Of a stretch of DNA of 64,000 nucleotides, positions 60,480 through 64,000 are shown piece after piece. This DNA is from Prorocentrum cordatum (taxonomy: Eukaryota): positions 372,001 through 436,000 of the forward strand of contig CAUYUJ010000002.1 in the NCBI GenBank assembly GCA_963575745.1. Reading direction: 5' to 3'. Numbering within the stretch: position 1 is the first letter of the stretch; every line of letters begins with the position of its first letter. The notes under the pieces were generated by a model. The model was not told where the DNA came from and did not search any database. It worked only from the letters and a program-made list of their open reading frames with translations. The translations under genes were made by a program, and so were the position numbers.

Positions 60480-61900
60480 CGTCGCAATTCTTGCAGCGGC
60501 CGCGACGGCCCCAAGGCTCCCCACATCGGACCCGGACGACCCAAGAGGCCTCCAAGAGGGCCCCATGACAGCCTCAAGAGAGCTTCGAGCAGCGCAAGAC
60601 AAGAGAGCTCCAAGACGGCCCAAGAGAGTCCCCAGGGGGTGCAGCGAAGGATCCCTACATGGTCGGAGAGGGTCCCAAGAGGATTCCAAGACGGGCTCAG
60701 CTCCCCATGACGGGCCAAGAGGGACCCGGGACAGCCTGCATGGGTCCCCAGACGGGTCAACAATAGCTTAAAAGGATGTCCTCTAGACAGTCCAAGAAGC
60801 CGCCAAGAAGGCCCCCCAAGGGCAAAAATCAAGCGTTCCTGTTTGGAAAAGCGCATAGTTTCGGGGCATTCGCTTCTTCAGTCCTCGCAGCGGCCACGAC
60901 GGCCTCAAAGGCACCCCAAATCGGCCCCAGGCAGGCCAAGAGGCTTCCAAGAGGGCCCCAAGACGGCCTGGCGAGAGCTTCAAGCAGCACGTGAGAGCTC
61001 CAAGACGGCCCAAGAGAGTCCCCAGGGGGGCCGAGGGGTCCACCGGGGGATCCCTACACGGTCGGAGAGGACCCCAAGAGGGCCCCAAGACGGGCTCAGC
61101 TCAATATGACAGGCCAAGAGGGACCCCCGCAATACACATTCGCAGCGAGAGACGGGTTCGCCCGTCATTCCGTTGAAGAACTTCAGCGATGGCGATTTCG
61201 ATAACATGCTTGACTTTAGTGTCTTTTACTTAGTCGTGGCGGAAAACCAGGGGGCCAACCGCGTACAGTGTGCAGGAATGATGGATTGATCTTCGCTCGT
61301 CCACCAGGGACGCCTGCGTCGTGGGGGGGGGGAACGGACGGCCCAAGAGGCACCCAGGACCACAGAGCCCCATCATGGGCCCCGCAGGGAGAATGGTAAC
61401 CCACTCTTCGAGGCCTCCGCCCGAAAAGGACCCACGATCGCCAGCAGGCCCCCAGGATGCCCCAAGACGGCTCCAAGAAGACCCTCAAAAGAACTCGAAG
61501 AGGCAAAATCGCCCCGCTTCCGTGGGAAAGCGCACATTTCTATCGCAATCGTTCTTCCACGCACCCAGCGTCCAAGACGGGCCCAGAGGCCCCCCCTAGG
61601 AGAGCCCCCCAACGGCCGAAGGGGTCCCTCAGAGGGCCCCACAACGGCCCAAGAGTGCCCCAAGACGGCCCAAATGGCACCCAGAACCGCCCAAGAAGGC
61701 CCAAGGGGGGTTCGTGTGGGGGGGAAGCGAACCCATATTTCGAGGCCTCGGCTCCGAGCGTTCCCCGAAGATCGCCAGCAGGCCCCCAAGGACCCCCCTC
61801 CCCGAGAGGACCCAAGAGAGCCACAAGAGATCCCGAAGAGGCCCCGAAAAGCATCCCAAGAGGCTTCACATTTGTTTCCAGCAGGCTGCCCAGAGGGTTC
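60480..61900 (+). repeat. Dispersed degenerate ccaagacggcc/ccaagagg repeat cluster with an internal duplication
   Basis: gagagctccaagacggcccaagagagtccccaggggg at about 60603 and 60993, plus many shorter units. Confidence 0.7.
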
Positions 61901-63359
61901 CCCAGATATGCGAACAGGCATTCACGAAGTCTCACATTAACAACGCAGGCTCGGTGGCAGGATGTGCAGATGGCCACCAGGACGGGCACACGTGGACGAG
62001 GGGCACGGATGCCCCTCCTCTTTGTGGATTCCTCCTGATGTTCGTCTTCACGGACTCCACTTCTCCTTCTGCTCCTGTCCCTCCTTCCCGTTCAGCCCTC
62101 GTCTTCGCCGCCGTCATGCTCCTGGGCTGGTGCCAGGAACCAACCTCGGATCGACACGACGCGAACCCGCGGTACGGTCAGGAATTCTGCTGCTTCAGAT
62201 TCTGAGCCCAGGCTCGGTGTGTTCGCCTTCCTGGCCAGGCCAGGTGGGGCATTCAGCGGCGCGCCAATTGGGGGGGAGACGGAGGGGACGGGCCTTCCCA
62301 GAAGGCTCAGGAGACCTTCTGAGAAGCTTCCGGAGCTCCCCTTCGGGTAGGACTTCTTCGAAGCCCCGCCGCCTCCCGGGGAGGCCTGCCCCCGCTTCCT
62401 TCCCCCCCTCTTGGCGCCCTAGCCGAGCGCAGCCACCGGTCCCAGGCCCAGGGTGGAGGCGGTGAGGATCGGGGCAAACTCCGGCGCCCCTCGAGGAGTG
62501 GAGCCCGGGGCCGGAGTGATCGACCGGCGGTCCTTCTTGCAGTTCCCCCCGCTTCTGATCCTGCTCCTCCTCTTGCGCCTCTGGAGCGCTTGCTGCTCCT
62601 CCCTCCGCCTGCTCTTCCTGCTCCTCCCGCCCCTGCACTTCCTTCGCCTGCTTCGCCTCCTGCTCCTCGTGCCCACAGTGCTCCTCCTCGTGCGCATCTT
62701 GCTCCTGCTCTTCCTCCTCCCCCCTCCTCCCCCCCCTACTCCTTCTCCTCCCCCCTCTTCTTTCTGCCTTCTTTTTCCGCGCGCTCCCCCTCCTTCCTTC
62801 TCCTCGGCGTCCTCACCCCGCTCGCTGTGGGCCTGGGCTCCTTTGTCCCCCTCCTCCCTCTCCCTCCCGACCCTGCCGTGCTGCTGGCTCCTCGGCTCTG
62901 GCAGCGCCGCAACCCGCCTCGCCCTGCCGCCCCCACCCCCCCGGCCCCTCCTGGCGGAGCACACGGCTCGCGCGCTCCCCGTGCCGCCGCGTGGAGCTTC
63001 CCCGGCGGCCCCCGGTTACCCATCTCGGCTCGCCTTGTGGACGACGATCCGTGGAGAGGACGCACGTTGCCAAGTAAGTCCCAGATGTCTGAAGCATGCT
63101 CAAAACATGTCTTGAGCATGCTAAGCATCATGTCTTCAGACAGTGTCAGCGCATTTTCTGACATGTTTTTAATCCACATTCTCAACTCAATGATCGGATC
63201 GTTACGGTGTCCATTGTCAAGGGTGCCCTCGAGGGCGCGAAGTTCTTCGCGCTTCGCGGTTCGGCTCCGATTCCTCCTCATCTTCCTCTTCTCCCCTAGA
63301 AGGCGGCGCGAGAGCGCGAAGTTATTCGCATTTCGGGCTTCGCGCGGGAGCCCTTGCTG

Positions 63360-63950
63360 CCCTCGCATGCCGCCCCCCGCCCACGACGTCTCACCGCTCA
63401 CACGTTTCGTGCACCCTCAGCGGGAGCTCCACTTACGGCCCAAGCGGCAACCTTCGCATGAAGCCCCCCGCCCGTTTTGGCACACTCCTCACATGGATCG
63501 TGCCCCATAGGGAGCTCCACAGCGTTCGCATGCCGCCCCCTCGTTCATTTTGTCACACCCCTCGCACGGGTCGTGCCCCACAGGAAGCTCCGCCCACGCG
63601 GTCCCGCAGGAAGCGTTCGCATGCCGCCCCCGCCGACGTCGATCTTCCCTTCACGTTCCGCGCGCCGTCACAGGAAGCTCCACAAGTAGCCCCAGCGACA
63701 ACTTCCCCGTGCAGCCCTCCGCCCGCTTCGGCACTCGGAGTTTGATGGACCTCCTACCCTGGCGTCGATTATTGAATTGGCCGTTTTCGGTTCACGAGAT
63801 TGCGTCGCGACCGTCATTTTTGCGGGTCCAGGTCCGTAGATCTCGGTCCTAGGCCGTTTTCATGAAAGGGAGGTTGCCAAAGGGAGGTTTGTCCCCGCCG
63901 AAGCACACCTCGCACGGCGGCTCGTGTCCCGCAGGGAGCCCCGCCCACGG
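63360..63950 (-). repeat. Degenerate inverted copies of the 90-bp tandem repeat family
   Basis: ccccatagggagctccac...gttcgcatgc is the reverse complement of the 12085-12720 core. Confidence 0.65.
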
Positions 63951-64000
63951 CGCTAGAGACAATACAGTGCCGTTTTTAATACATGCTCCGCGTGCGGAGC

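Noticed and set aside
62400..63400. Host gene in the Leu/Pro-rich ORFs
   Set aside because: Low-complexity CT-rich sequence with no recognisable domain or supportable exon structure.

Overview
This is GC-rich eukaryotic DNA made almost entirely of retroelements. It is most likely from a dinoflagellate: it contains a near-perfect dinoflagellate spliced leader followed by a relic copy (14508-14544) and a fragment resembling a chlorophyll a/c LHC protein. No ordinary host gene is recognisable. From left to right: (1) a decayed copia-like RNase H fragment. (2) A complete 10.5-kb tyrosine-recombinase (YR) retrotransposon with split direct repeats (1174-11670), whose single pol ORF reads RT - RNase H - DnaJ J-domain - dsRBD-like - YR. 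(3) Tandem repeats and a 3'-truncated LINE that begins with the spliced leader. (4) A head-to-tail array of three minus-strand elements separated by (GA)n tracts: a 16-kb LINE (ORF1; an extra 1832-codon ORF with a PARP/ART-like motif set, Zn-finger and ubiquitin-like segments; APE-RT-RNase H), a 6.9-kb RT-less partner with the same termini, and a second LINE copy cut by a 100-N gap. (5) A second YR retrotransposon with a C5 DNA methyltransferase nested inside its RNase H. (6) A decayed RTE-like LINE and dispersed repeats. The most striking unexplained signal is a covarying, frame-independent hairpin (stem - bulged C - G.N.C - UYCA loop). It recurs mostly every 1.0-1.4 kb along the sense strand of the 16-kb LINE and is also present in its RT-less partner. 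All domain calls were made by eye from motifs; no database search was run.
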